DNA of 63,950 nt, filler included, from Vicugna vicugna (Eukaryota), in assembly GCA_013265495.1 (NCBI GenBank). It is 75 parts of 75 records of this genome, joined end to end, with 100 filler letters (N's around TTAATTAATTAA, not from the genome) between each part and the next. Parts side by side here need not be neighbours in the genome. Positions count along the whole stretch, not along the records: positions 62,963 to 63,582 come from PNXW01009466.1; positions 63,683 to 63,950 come from PNXW01009497.1; 73 more parts are not named here. One strand, 5' to 3'. A program made the translations under genes and the position numbers. Under the pieces are notes generated by a model. It saw only the letters and a program-made list of their open reading frames with translations, had not been told where the DNA came from and searched no databases. Positions 63,303-63,950 of the stretch are shown one piece after another. Each line of letters opens with the position of its first letter. Position 1 is the first letter of the stretch.

Positions 63303-63682
63303 GGATCCCTGCAGACCCCACCAGGGGCAGCCGGAGACGCAGGGAGCCTGGGAAGTTCTGTGAGGAACGTGAACTCAACACTCCCCAAAAGCGAAGACGA
63401 CAAACATATTTCAAGCTCCCAATTCCCAGCAGTGTTTGTTCTGACGTTACTAGTTTCCAGTAATACTGAGTGAGAATAGAAATTATCTGGACACAGGGAT
63501 CATATTCAAATGCTGGTTCTGACCATTCTTAGTTGCATGATTACTGATTAAAAGGTTACCCGTCTGCCCCGTGTAAACTGGGNNNNNNNNNNNNNNNNNN
63601 NNNNNNNNNNNNNNNNNNNNNNNNNNTTAATTAATTAANNNNNNNNNNNNNNNNNNNNNNNNNNNNNNNNNNNNNNNNNNNN

Positions 63683-63950
63683 AAGAATGTTTTTCTGAGA
63701 TTAAAGTTTGATTCTTGAAACTGGTGAGAGAAAGAAGATACGAAGTCCAAGTTAATAATTCAAAGTGCATATGTAACTTGATTGGATTTTGAAATATGAG
63801 TCATACACATGTTCACAACTCAGAAATTCATGTTTGAAGAATCCGTGACGCATGAACATGTTCGGAATACGGAATACCATGGTTATGTAAAAAATGTAAA
63901 TTAAATGCTTATTGGTGAGAATTCGCTCAAAGAGTGTTTCTGGTGCCAAA
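63683..63950 (+). repeat. Satellite B (same subtype as 1344-2049)
   Basis: CTGAGATTAAAGTTTGAT, GAAGTCCAAGT, GAAATATGAGTCAT. Confidence 0.9.

Noticed and set aside
1288..63638. Regularly recurring TTAATTAATTAA resembling a CRISPR-like or PacI-site array
   Set aside because: Always embedded in exactly 44+44 Ns; a synthetic linker, with no cas genes and a mammalian context.

Overview
This window is not a contiguous locus. It is an artificial concatenation of 75 small unplaced scaffolds (about 0.3-1.6 kb each, many with internal N gaps), joined by 74 identical 100-bp linkers (N44-TTAATTAATTAA-N44). The DNA is eutherian mammal, with L1, L2, MIR, MLT1, MER21-like and ERV1 LTR fragments. A short tRNA(Ala)-derived SINE points to a camelid (inference). 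About 35 of the 75 pieces are satellite DNA in six classes, labelled here for convenience: A (GC-rich, 267 bp, plus a 269-bp variant), D (diverged, heterogeneous ~267-bp relative of A), B (AT-rich ~740-bp trimer of ~247-bp monomers), C (249 bp), E (AGAATAT heptamer-derived) and F (~63 bp, PstI-rich). Satellite strands are relative to an arbitrary reference. I cannot support any protein-coding gene, RNA gene, CRISPR array or new gene system; the ORF track consists of N-gap, satellite and L1 artefacts. The most interesting real signals are in satellite architecture: families B and C are colinear homologues, B occurs as both a trimer and a recurrent chimeric dimer, and D and E show higher-order structure. 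Two pairs of scaffolds also carry an unrecognised multicopy non-TE sequence.
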